Counted from the first letter of the stretch, positions 48,582 to 60,711 are shown. The stretch is 64,000 nt of DNA from Azolla caroliniana (GCA_043228905.1 JBHGNT010000014.1:6758001-6822000), one strand, 5' to 3'. A program made the numbers and translations. Notes: generated from the sequence alone by a model not told the origin.

Positions 48582-51446
48582 TCAACCGGGTTCTCCGTCG
48601 TCCCAGCAGCCGACCGCCTTGCCGGCTCCTACCGACCCCAATCTGTCAGCTCCATCCGATCCGCCATATCCGACGCTCACACCTTCTTCCCCAATCGGTC
48701 CTTCCGAACACCGTTGCCAATCCGATCGCTCCTCCTTTGTCCGCCCCATATGCCCTCCGATTAGGCCCCCGGTCACTCCGGTTGTACACCGGATTCCACG
48801 CCTCGCGTGTGTCCTTCCTTTGGTTCGACCATCTCCTCGTCCCGAGGACCTCGGCGTGCCGTCTCTCTCCGTTCCACGCTTGCCTTCTGTAGGCTCTTCC
48901 CGTGCGTCGATGTCGTCCTCCGAATACGCGCTCGTTCTTCGTTCCTTCGGTGACCCCATTGAACGCTCCTTGTTTCTCCCTTGCTCGTCGTGCTCTCTCG
49001 CGATAGAGTGTACTGTCATCCCGACCTTCATGTCAAGGTCCTTCGCGGCTCTCGTTACCGCTTCATCCCGACTTGCGTCCTCTTGGCCCACTTGGCCTCG
49101 CATGTCCTCCAGGATGCCACGTTTTCTCATCCCAGTACATAGCCCTTTGCTCTCCGCGCACCATCCTCCGCTCTCGTCGTTCATCCGCCGATCCCGGCAA
49201 CTCACCACTCCGCCTTCCGTCCCATGCTTGCCGCTCTTGCCTCTCAAAGGCTCGACCGGACCGCTATCACCGGTCACTCATTGTCGCTCTTCCGGGTGCA
49301 TACTTGTTTCTTGGCCCTTCGCCGGCCATAGTGCTCCGTTTCACGCCCTTCCCTCGTTGTAGTCCCGACCTCCGCGTCAGCCTCTTCTTCCTTCATCGTC
49401 GCAGTCCTTTCTGGCTCTGTTTGGCCCTCTTGGCCCCACTCGTCCGTCTTTCCGCACTGGATACCCGTTTCGATAACCTCGTCTGCCCTGGCCTCCAACT
49501 CCTCGCCACCACCCGCCGTCTCTCCAGTCTTATGTTGATCCGCAACCGCCGAAGTCTCTAGAATAGGTGTGGAGGGTTCCTCTTGTTTCCGGTCTTCCAC
49601 CAGACCATAGTCGTCCCTCGTGTACCTCGACCTCCAATCATGCTAGCATAGCCCTTGCCCGGATCAGTCTCGAACGATCGGGTTTCGGTTCGGTCAGCTC
49701 TCTTCCATGATCGTAACCGGCCGGTACCGGTTCGACCGAACAATCCCGGCCTTGTCGGCTCTTCTTCGGTTCGGGCCCAGTTGACCAGCCCTCGCTCCAA
49801 TATTCTTCCGCGTCGTCTTCCGATCAGGTCGGTTCCTGACTCTCTCCTCTTTGCCGCTCACGACCTCCCTTTCGGTCCTTCCGCACGTGCCCACTCCAGT
49901 CCTTGCATCCTCAAGGCCATCGCCCATCTTTCTAATCTTATGTTGGTACGCAACCGCTGAAGTCTCCGGCCCCGGGGTCGAGGGATCTCTCCTCCGTCCG
50001 CTACAATCTTCCCCGTTCTCGTTTCGGTCACCCGCCTTGCCGCTGTCACCGTCCGTCACTCTAGCTCTCATGCCAGAGTCTCTAGAACTGGTGTGGGTAA
50101 GGTCCCGGCATCGCCGCTCGTCATGTCCATAGCCACCTCCTTCCCCTTGTCGGCATCTTGGTCACCCGCCTTGCCCCAACCACCGTCCGTCACTCTAGAT
50201 CTCACGTCGGCACTCGAGTCGGCCGCCGGAGTCTCTAGAACCGGTGTGGGTAAGGTCCCGGCACCGCCGCTCATCATGTCCGTAGCCACCTCCTTCCCCT
50301 TGTCATCATCTTGGTCACCTGCCTTGCCGCCGCCACCGTCTGTCACTCTAGGTCTCACGCCGGCACTCGGGCCAGTCGTCGGAGTCTCTAGAACCGGTGT
50401 GGGTAAGGTCTCGGCACCACCGCTCGTCATGTCTATAGCCACCTCCGTCCGGACTTCGTTGTTTGTGGCTACCCCATCCCCGATTATGCAAGCCTCGATT
50501 ACGCTTGCCTCCTCCTCTTCCTCGTTCTCCTTGTCGTCGTCTTGGTTGCCCGCCTTGCCGTCGCCACCGTCCGTCACTCTAGGTTTCACGTCGGTTCTCG
50601 GGCCGACTGTCGAAGTCTCTAGAACCGGTGTGGGTAAGGTCTCGGCACCACCGCTCGTCTCCTCCCCGCTTGATGTTTGGGGCCACCGTGTCCCGAATCC
50701 TCCGCCCACTCTCAAAGTGACGCTCCCTGCTCCGTAGTCACCGGCCTCATCCATGGCCATCCTTTCACCATAAGACGAGAGGGTCGCTTGCTCCGCACCC
50801 TCTCCCTTGTCATCGTCGTACGCTCTTTCAACCTCCGCATAGGCCCGTCCTCCACGCCTAGGGAGGCTTCTTCCTCCGCATCCTCTGATCCTCTCAGGCC
50901 CGACTCCGCGATAGACCCTCCTTCGGCTTCGAACTACGCCTTCACACTCTCGTATGCCTCCCATACCAACGCCTCTAGGTCGTACTCCTCCGATCCATCA
51001 CGCGTCGAGCTCTCCTCCCTCACCACGTAGTCACTCACCGCCCTCTCTTCTCCACCGCTCGCGGGCCATGTTGTGGCCGACCGCTTCTCATCGTGTTGCC
51101 GGCATACCCACTCCGGTTTTGCGTACCCGTACGCCTCCAATAGAGCTCCCTCAAAGGCCTCCCACGAATCGTGAGCTTCTCGAAGCTCCTTGACCTCTCT
51201 ATGTGTCGATACGGTCGCCACTCGACAATAATATTCTAGCCTCATTGCTTCATCCACGCTCCTCTTCATCATCTCGGCATTGTACGCTTCTAAGAATCTC
51301 AGGACATCGTCCCCGTTGAGCCGGCCGACTCAATCGACCACCCTCTCGACGGCTTGTTGAGCTGCATCTCGCCTCGCCTTCTTCCATCTGGCATCCATCA
51401 CAATCTTTGCCACCATCTCCGCGAAATCGAAGTCTTCGTCTTCCAT
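48582..51446 (-). pseudogene. G gag N-terminal domain fused to acidic ~51-aa repeats and a low-complexity tail
   Basis: GRLNGDDVLRFLEAYNAEM...WEAFEGALLEAYG aligns to B1 gag; four LPTPVLET repeats at ~50070-50660; disrupted by stops. Confidence 0.7.
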
Positions 51447-52038
51447 CTCCGCCCTACCTTGCTGCCAAAGATGTCGCGGTATTCCGCGAGTACGTGTTGT
51501 CGTGACTCTTGAGTAGGAAGCAGAGAGAGAGAGCGATGGCGATAGAGATAACGATAATGATAGAGATGGCGAGAGCGGTAGAGATAGCGATAGTGATAGA
51601 AAGAGAGTGAAAGAGGGAGAGAGTGTGAAAGAGAGAAAAGTATAAGTGAGAGATAAGAAATGGGAATGCGATTATATTATGAGAAAGAAGATTACAAGGA
51701 GTAGGCTAAGGGCTAAAGACTGGTGTTGAACCGAATGAGTTGTGATGAGTGTATGGACTCTTATTTATAGGCCCTTATGGAGTATTCTAGAATGTTCTAG
51801 AATATTTTAGATATTTATGAATAATAATAATAATAAATATAATCATGAAATATTCAAGAACATTCTAGAATAATCTAGAATGTTCTAAATATCTCGTAAT
51901 AACTAAACATATAATTATTATGATTACATCTCACATATGTTATTACAATGGTTAAAGTACAATATGTAAACCAAGAGGTTATGGGTTCGATTCCTGGTTC
52001 GCCAAGATGAATGTCATGATAAGCCAAGATGTATGTCT

Positions 52039-55000
52039 TCATGACATTATCCCCCCTTTTCGATGACGAGTTGCACGAGTCGGAAGAAAAGAGTTCAGAC
52101 TTGGTTTATGAGGATATTGGTTGTGAAATGCAACAACCATGTCGGAGGCATTGGCAAGATGTTCGGCAGGCTCCCATGTTCGATCATTAGGTGTATAGCC
52201 TAACCAATCAACCAAGTAGTATAGTTTGTTGCGAATGATCTTGGAGTCGAGGATAGCGGCAACCTCATATTCAGAGCCATTGGAAACGTCAATTGGAGGT
52301 GGGGGAGGTGTAACACGACCCGGAATAGAGCTCGTTGTGTAAGGCTCCAAAAGTGAAACATGGAAGACCGGGTGAAGACGCATATGAGGAGGAAGATCAA
52401 GACGAAATGTCACATCATTGATCTTACCACTTATGACATATGGGCCAAAACGTTGATAATCCAATTTGTAGCAAGGTCGGGTCGTTTTAATGCTACCTTG
52501 TAAGAGCCATACACGATCGCCTACTTGAAATGTAGTCGATGAATCACGGCGATGACGGTTAGCAATCTTCTTTTGAGTGTTTTGGGCTTCACATAAATGA
52601 TGCAAAAGCATATCCTGAACTTCTTGGAGTCGAGTGAGCCGATCTTCAGCAGCTGGGTTTTTTGGGAGTTCAGGATGTTCAAGCATCGTCCAACGAGGAT
52701 GGTACCCAATGTTTGCAAAAAATGGGGAATATCCAGTAGAAGAATGCTCGGAGTTGTTATAAGCAAATTCTGCCAAAGGTAGTAAATCCACCCAATCATC
52801 TTGTTGATAGTTAACAAAACAACGTAGATATTGCTCGACTGTTTGGTTGGTGCGCTCACTCTGCCCATTAGTCTCTGGATGGTAGCCGGAAGAGAGTTTA
52901 CAAGAAGTATGTAAGAGTCTGAACATGTGCCGCCAAAATTTCGAGATGAATTGGGACCCCGATCACTGATAATATCATCCGGAAGACCATGATGGCGAAA
53001 CACCTCCCGCATGAGTAAATCAGCTGTCTCTTGACTAGTAATGGTCTTTGTGCATGGAAGGAAATGTGCCATCTTCGTAAAACGATCGACAACCGTGAGA
53101 ATCGAATCAAATCCCTTGGAAGGTGGAAGATCCGTAATAAAGTCCAAGGAAATAGATTTCCATGGGCTCTCCGGAATAGGCATTGGCTGTAATAAGCCAT
53201 ATGGATGATGTCGAGGCTTTTTTGATCGGCAACATGTATCACAGCTACGAACATAATCCGTAACAAAATGGCGAAGCCGTGGCCACCAATATCGGCGAGA
53301 AATCAACTCAAAAGTCTTGTGGATGCCGAAGTGTCCCGCCATTGGTGTGTCATGACATTGTTGCATGACTTTGAGTCGAGAAGGACCGTCAGGCACATAC
53401 AAGAGAGTTTGTCGAAAAAGTAACCCATCATGCCAACTAAACTGGGTGTAGTCTAGACGAGGATTTTGAGTTTGGGAGCTAGATGCACGATTTGGGATAA
53501 TATGGCTCAAAACCTCTTGGGCGAACGCATCAGTCGCAATCTGCTCACGAATGGAATCAAGAAGCCTTGAATCTCCCGGTGTGTTGATGGTATGCATTGC
53601 CATTATTCGTAGACGATCAGGACCTAAGAGGATTTGCTTTTGGCTTTCAAATGCGGCCTCTCCAGGTTGAAGTTCCATATACGAACGTCTAGATAAAGCA
53701 TCTGCTTTTCCTTGTTGCATCCCAGGGCGATATAGAATTACAAAATCGAAACGAGTTAAGAACTGCGCCCAACGAGCTTGTCGTCGATTCAAGACTCGAG
53801 CACTTTGAAAGTATGTTAGATTTTTATGATCATTGTAGACAATAATCTGCTGAGAAGAACCCTCCAGAAAATGACGCCATTGTTGAAAAGAATCCACAAT
53901 GGCAAGAAGCTCTTTGTCGTGAATCTCATAGTTGATTTCTGCGGCTTCAAATTTTCGTGAGTGAAAAGCCACCGGGTGCAGTTCACCATCATCACCAATT
54001 TGGGATAGTACACTTCCGAGTGCGAAATCCGATGCATCAGCTTCAAGTATAAAGCGCCTCATTGGATCGACATGGATTAAGATTGGTGCGGATGTAAATG
54101 CTTGCTTTAAACCCTCAAATGCAGAGTTCGCATCTATACTCCATACAAATGATCGATTCTTGTGCGTCAGTTGAGTGAGGGGCAACACAATTTTTGAATA
54201 GTCTTTGATGAACTTGCGATAAAAGTTTGCGAACCCCAAAAAACATTGCACATCTCGCACGGACTGTGGTGTTTGCCAATCCAAAATTGTTTGAACCTTT
54301 GATGGATCCATAGAGATGCCATTTGAAGAGACTATGTACCCCAAAAACTCCACTTGACGTTGGTCGAAACTACACTTCTCCAATTTTGCATAGAGACCAT
54401 ACTCTCGTAGCCGTTGCAAAACTTGGCGAACATGTATATCATGTTCTTCTTGAGTTTTTGAGTAGATCAAGATATCATCCAGGTAAACAATGATGAAGAT
54501 ATCGAGGAAGTCTCGAAAAATATCATTCGCCATATGTTGGAAGACTGCTGGTGCATTCGTGAGGCCAAAAGGCATCACTGTGTACTCAAAATGACCATAG
54601 CGAGTGCGGAACGCCGTCTTCCATTCATCCCCAGGACGAATTCGAACAAGGTTGTAGGCACCTCGAAGATCTAACTTCGTGAAATACTTTGCTTCACTGA
54701 GGCGTTCTAGAAGGCTTGAGATCAATGGGAGAGCATATCGGTTTCTAACGGTCACTTTATTCAAGCCTCGATAATCCACGACCATACGAAGCGTACCATC
54801 TTTCTTCTTAACGAAAAAGATGGGTGCACCAGCAGGAGATTTTGAATGTTGGATAAAACCATTTGCCAAGTTCTCATTGATATATTCTCGAAGAACCTCT
54901 AACTCCGTGGGCGAAAGATTATAAATTGGTCCCCATGGAGGCTCTTTTCCTGGCTGCAAATCAATTGGGCAATCATATGGTCGATGCTCTGGTAGTCTAT

Positions 55001-55682
55001 TAGCCTTCACCTTATCGAACACATCGGAGAATTCTATGTACTTCTTTGGTAGTTGGACCCCCAATTCTTGTGAGCTAGATGAGGGAGTTGCTAAAACCGC
55101 AAATACCATCATGTCTTCCTTTCTTCCATCCTCTCGTAATTGATGTATAGAGATTGTTGAAATTGTGGGGGATCCTAGATCCTTAGTTGGAGCTTCAAGA
55201 GACTTGGATTGTACGGTGACCTCTTCAATAGTTCTTTTTCTCCAATCAATGGTTGGGTTATGTAACTCAAACCAAGGAAGACCAAGAACTAGAGAGTGCT
55301 CCGGACTACTAATGATGTTAAATGAGATGACACTAGCCAAATTACCTAGGACTACACGAATTGGTTCAGACTCTTCGACTATATCTCCTGATGCTATAGG
55401 GCGACCATTGATGACTCCTACAGCTACTGGGTTTGGGAGTTTTTTCAAGATGATGTTTTGAGTCAATGCAAACTCGCGATCCATGAAACAAGAATTGGCT
55501 CCGGAATCTAGGAGGGCAGAGGCTAGGGCGCGATGACCTGTAGATGTGCTAAGCTCGACTTGTGCAGAAAAAACTCTACTAACTTGATTTGATGAAATGG
55601 AACCACAACTAGGTACTGACTCTACATAACTAGGATGGTCCAACCAAATGGCTCCTATTTTGGCCGGACTTATTCGTTTAAC
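52039..55682 (-). CDS. pol: H2 pol (PR-RT-RH-IN-chromodomain) with one 1-bp frameshift at ~52953
   Basis: LLDSGAN; YLDD; ADASD; HHCC; GPY; EYEVAAILDS...YLVDWLGY...TWEP. DRGP|QF is broken by a missing C. Confidence 0.88.
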
Positions 55683-56797
55683 ACATCCTCTAATTGGCTC
55701 AAGACATCAAATCTATTCTCATGGCATGGGCTAGTAGGCTTAGTACTTAAGTTATTAGAAGTGATAGTAGAACTTGATGTAGGGTTGTCATGTGCACTTA
55801 CTTGGTAAACTTGACGCCTGGGTTTATGTGGACAATTCACAGCTATATGTCCTGGACCACCACAGTAGAGGCATAGGCGATGCGCCCGACGTCGTTGTTT
55901 CTCAGCATCTGATAAGGGCCCTCGACGTTGTGTCGACTCTATTTCCATCGGAGTGGGACCATCCCTCGTAACGGGTCTAGAACCTTGTGGCGGTGTGGCG
56001 ACTATAGAAGCGTATGTCTGTTCCGGTTGGCGGCGTAACATTTGTTGACGTTCAGAACGTCGCTCAAATAGGCGATTATCACATCGCACAGCTCGGCTAA
56101 TAGCTTCAGTAAGAGACTTTGGATCTTCATGGAAAGTAAGAAGAAGATCTTTGACATCGTTACGCAAACCCTGACGGAATTGATCCATTAAGGCTGCCTC
56201 ATCCCAAGGGATGTCGCATGCCAAGAGACGGAAATCTGCGGCATAAGCTGAAGCGGGACGATCTCCTTGTCGGAGTCTTCGAATCTTGTTTATTGCAGTC
56301 CTAGTGCTATCCGTATCTCCAAAACTAGCTTGAAACTCCTTAACGAATGCCTCGAAATCCTCCAGTAATGGTGATTTCTTCTCAAGAAGTGGTGCAAACC
56401 ATGCTAACGCTGTACCGCTTAGCAAGGTTCCTATTAATCCCACACGGGCAGCATCAGTTGGATACCGATTGGGATGTAACTGAATCACCAAACGAACTTG
56501 ATTCAGGAAACCTCGAAAGAGAGATCTGGTACCATCAAACTTGGCAGGGAGGCTAATCTTTGGTTCCCTTGGGGAGTTTTGAACCCCCGCCGCTTGTTCT
56601 CGTAATGTTAATATAGTAGCCTCAAGTTGATGAACCCGTTGTGATAACTCCTCATATTGATGAGCTTTCTCAGTACTGACTTGTTGAAGATCCCCGAGTA
56701 GCCTTTGATTTTCTTGCTCTAATGCCACAAACTTAATGGTGAGCATATCGAGCTCCGAAAGGACACGCATATACTCTTGCTTGCTGACCGACTCCAT
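55670..56797 (-). CDS. gag: H2 Gag (resembles PEG10/Sushi-type Gag)
   Basis: 375 aa; coiled N-terminus; P.KFDG; LRQG; CLYCGGPGHIAVNC. Confidence 0.93.
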   Translation of the reverse strand: MESVSKQEYMRVLSELDMLTIKFVALEQENQRLLGDLQQVSTEKAHQYEELSQRVHQLEATILTLREQAAGVQNSPREPKISLPAKFDGTRSLFRGFLNQVRLVIQLHPNRYPTDAARVGLIGTLLSGTALAWFAPLLEKKSPLLEDFEAFVKEFQASFGDTDSTRTAINKIRRLRQGDRPASAYAADFRLLACDIPWDEAALMDQFRQGLRNDVKDLLLTFHEDPKSLTEAISRAVRCDNRLFERRSERQQMLRRQPEQTYASIVATPPQGSRPVTRDGPTPMEIESTQRRGPLSDAEKQRRRAHRLCLYCGGPGHIAVNCPHKPRRQVYQVSAHDNPTSSSTITSNNLSTKPTSPCHENRFDVLSQLEDVLNE

Positions 56798-57976
56798 AAC
56801 CGCGGGGGAAAAAGAAAGAAGGATAAAGAAGAAAGCTTGCTAGAGTTATTGGAGAAAGGGAAAAGAAATATTCGGTTCAAACTGTCGTGACTCTTGAGTA
56901 GGAAGCAGAGAGAGAGAGCGATGGCGATAGAGATAACGATAATGATAGAGATGGCGAGAGCGGTAGAGATAGCGATAGTGATAGAAAGAGAGTGAAAGAG
57001 GGAGAGAGTGCGAAAGAGAGAAAAGTATAAGTGAGAGATAAGAAATGGGAATGCGATTATATTATGAGAAAGAAGATTACAAGGAGTAGGCTAAGGGCTA
57101 AAGACTGGTGTTGAACCGAATGAGTTGTGATGAGTGTATGGACTCTTATTTATAGGCCCTTATGGAGTATTCTAGAATGTTCTAGAATATTTTAGATATT
57201 TATGAATAATAATAATAATAAATATAATCATGAAATATTCAAGAACATTCTAGAATAATCTAGAATGTTCTAAATATCTCGTAATAACTAAACATATAAT
57301 TATTATGATTACATCTCACATATGTTATTACAATGGTTAAAGTACAATATGTAAACCAAGAGGTTATGGGTTCGATTCCTGGTTCGCCAAGATGAATGTC
57401 ATGATAAGCCAAGATGTATGTCTTCATGACACGTGTAAGATCTTAGGCGGGACCGCGGGGGTCTTGGACTAGGGAGTAGAGGGGGAATGGAAGCTTAACT
57501 CGAGGGGGGGGAGAAAGAATAGGACATAAACATAGAATGGATGGAGGCAAGATACACAAACGAGTTATATTCAGAAACACCAAACGCTTTACAACCATGG
57601 CCGCATAGGCCGAGCGAAAACACTATATGGAACCCTAACCGGATAAGTAAAGTAAAGAAGATGATGAAGAAGAAACCCTAAACCCGAAATGGTATGAAGA
57701 AGAAGAAGAATAGTAAAACCCTAAACGAAACCCTAAAACCGAAATACAAACCCTCGACCTAAGGGGTATACCTCTGTCACTCAAAATAGGCAACCCCTTC
57801 ACAAGAGATCCCTCCCTTCCTTTTATAGCCCAAGGAGGGAGGGACGTTACAATGTAGGATAAATTCTCCCCCTTATTCTATACATCATTTTCCTACTATA
57901 CATGTGCACATGTTGAACATTGCTGACTTGCCCATTCCATCCCGGTTTCACACCAAAACCAGAAATCTTCACTACA

Positions 57977-60555
57977 ACGGGTGGATCGGCGGAGCTTCTA
58001 GTTTGCAGATACTAAGGCTTTCTTCGCTCTATTTGTCCAGATGTCAAGGCCTTCGAACTCACTATCAAGGGAGTGTGTCGATTCGTTGCCATCAAAGTGA
58101 TCGTCTTCATACTCTGGCATTTTCGCCTTCCCTTTGTCCAGCTTCGAACTCGGCCGAGATGTTCTTTGATCGCTCGGAGGCTCTTGTGGCCCACTAAGCC
58201 TTGTTGTAATTGGGCTTTCTTCAAACATGCGCGTGAGCCTATCTTCGGCTTCTATCTCTATTTTGGCGGATTTCGGGTCGAGCGGAGTCGGAGTCAAAGT
58301 TGTCTTTGGTGCGTACCAAGATGTGGACTCGTCGAAAATGACGTCTCGACTTACTCAAGCTTTTCGAGTCGAGGGGTTATAGCACTTATACCCCTTTTGC
58401 TCCAGTGAGTATCCTACGAGGATACATTTCTCCGACTTCGGATCAAGCTTTTGTCACTTCTCGTCAGGGATGTGCACGTATACAATGGAGCCGAATATCC
58501 GAACATGTGATAGATCCGGCTTCTTCCCGAAAAACTTGTTGTGTGGAGTAAGTTCATGCACACCCAATGTCGTACACTGATTCATGAGATAGACGGTTGT
58601 GTTGGAGGATTCTGCACAGTACGACTTCGGCATGTGCTTCTCGTTAAGCATAGCTCGTGCTACTTCGAGAATGTGCTAATTCTTTTGTTCGACTACTCCA
58701 TTTTCTTGCGGTATGTGTCGACACGAAAGCTACCGCTTGATTCCTTCTCTCCAAAGAAAAGCCGAAAATTCGTCGGAGAAGTACTCTTTTCTTCCATCCA
58801 ACCAAAGACATCCTACATGTCGGCCCGTGGCTTTCTCGACTTCATTCTTAAACTTTTGGAAGTGTTCGTACACTTCGCTCTTTTACCACATGGGGTAGAT
58901 CCAGGTGTGTCTAGAGAAGTCTTCGATAAAGGTCACGTAGTATCGGCATCTACCGAATGTGGTCGTTTGAGCCGGTCCCCATACATCAGAATGGATTACA
59001 TCGAGTACGCCTTTGCTCACATTCCGCTCCTTCGGAAATGGGTGACGATGATGCTTGCAGAATTGGCAAGCAGCATAGATGCCTTCAATCTCTTTCTCCT
59101 TGAATGTCGGGAGCCCGATGACGACTCCTTTCGATTGCTTTGCCTTGAGCTTTTGGAGGTTGATATGGTCAATCTGCTTGTGCCATAACTCTATGTCGGA
59201 ATCGGTTTTCGTGCCCTTTGCGAACATGGCCGATTTCATCTTGTGCGAGTCGAGAATGAGAGCGATGAGTCGGCCCTCTTTTTCGATGAAGCAACTACCT
59301 TGATTAAATCGTACTTGCATCCCTTTCTCAACAATTTGGCCGACGGAGACCAAATTCTTCGTAATGGTTGGTACATGCAAGACATTCTTAATAAAAGTTT
59401 GGCTACCTTCTTTGCCAAATGGGACATTGCCGATGTGTCGAATCGGATGCGTAGTGTCATCTCCGGTTTTGACATAGCCGGGTCGGTCCAGCTCTCAAAG
59501 TTCTCGGAACCATTCTTGATGAGACGTCATATGGTTCGATGCACCGGAGTCGACAAACCATACGTCTTCCAGACTAGATGCGTTATTCGAAGTAGAAGCT
59601 GACATAGAATTTGCTCTATGTCTCATCATGAAATTTTTGCCACGATTGTCATAGTCGGAGTTGGTGGCGTAATTGGTGAGTTGTCAGCTAGTGGAAGCCG
59701 ACTCGCGTATCTTCTTACGACACTCTTCTTCGTGGTGACCGATTTTTCCGCAATATCCGCATTCGACCGAGTTTTGTCAGCTCGGACCGGAATGGAAGCT
59801 CCCCCTTCTTCCGAAGGTTCCTCAATGGCTTCCGTCTTGTTGCCGAAATTGGGAGTTATTTTCGTATGTCGAACCTCGTCTGCCTCGTCCTTGGCCGAAT
59901 CGGCCTGTTCTTGCACGACCGCGTCCTCTTCCTCCGTTCGAGTGTCAGTAAAGAAGGTGTCCTTCTGAGGCGTTGCTCCTTGTTTGAACATGGTTTTCTC
60001 CGACCAACAACATGGATTGAAGATCGAAGAAGGAGGGCAGATTCTCCTGTGCTAGTACGACAGTCCTCATCGTGCCGAACCATGGTGCAAGGCCGTCAAG
60101 GCATATTTGCACCATGTCATCTCCACATTGATGCTTATTGAGACGAGCGAGTCACAAAGCTCCTTGATCTTCATGGTGTAGCTCGTGATGGACATATCCC
60201 TTTGTTGGATGTTGTTCAACTCTTGCGGAGTTGAAGCTTTCTTGAGGTTGTGTTGGCAGCGAAAGTCTTTCGTAGATTCTCCCACGCTTCTTCCTTCGGC
60301 GTCTCGACTTCTCAAATGTAGCCGAGCATGTGGTCGTGAACAGATGTCGCCAAGCAATACATTACTTGACTCGCGGCTTGCTCCCATGTTGAGTATTCGG
60401 CATCTTTCGGGTCGGGTCGATTTTCTTGTCCTCCTTTGATGTAGCTCCAATAGCCTTGGCCGACAAGGTATTGGTGCATCTTGTACTCCCAAGATGCAAA
60501 GTTGTTTTGATCCAACTTCTCACTAGGGAGAGCGCTCCCCATTTGAGTATTCATT
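57977..60555 (-). pseudogene. F gag-protease-integrase, degenerate
   Basis: LPSEKLDQNNFASWEYKM (homologous to C gag); HSDVWGP; many frameshifts. Confidence 0.88.
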
Positions 60556-60711
60556 ATGTTGATAAAGCTTTCTTTCTTCTTTTCCTTCTCTCTCGAACAC
60601 GATCTATGTAGTCGCACTACGATAGCAATGGACAAGTTCTTCTCAAACGTCAACGTAGAACACAACACACCCGAATGGGCTAGATTGAGCTACCAAACTG
60701 CTCTGATACCA

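Larger units (their letters stand above)
51498..57431 (-). mobile_element. Chromoviral Ty3/Gypsy H2 (Tcn1/Tf1-like), full-length and very young
   Basis: 549-bp LTRs 51498-52046 and 56883-57431 with one visible mismatch; TSD cgtgt (51493-51497, 57432-57436); self-priming PBS 56870-56880; PPT 52047-52060. Confidence 0.97.
47933..57976 (-). mobile_element. Non-autonomous Gypsy G (B-clade); its 5' LTR is split by H2
   Basis: 3' LTR 47933-48507; 5' LTR 51472-51497 plus 57437-57976; PPT 48508-48519; PBS-like TGGCAGC 51461-51467; gag-derived internal region with no pol; no matching TSD. Confidence 0.88.
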
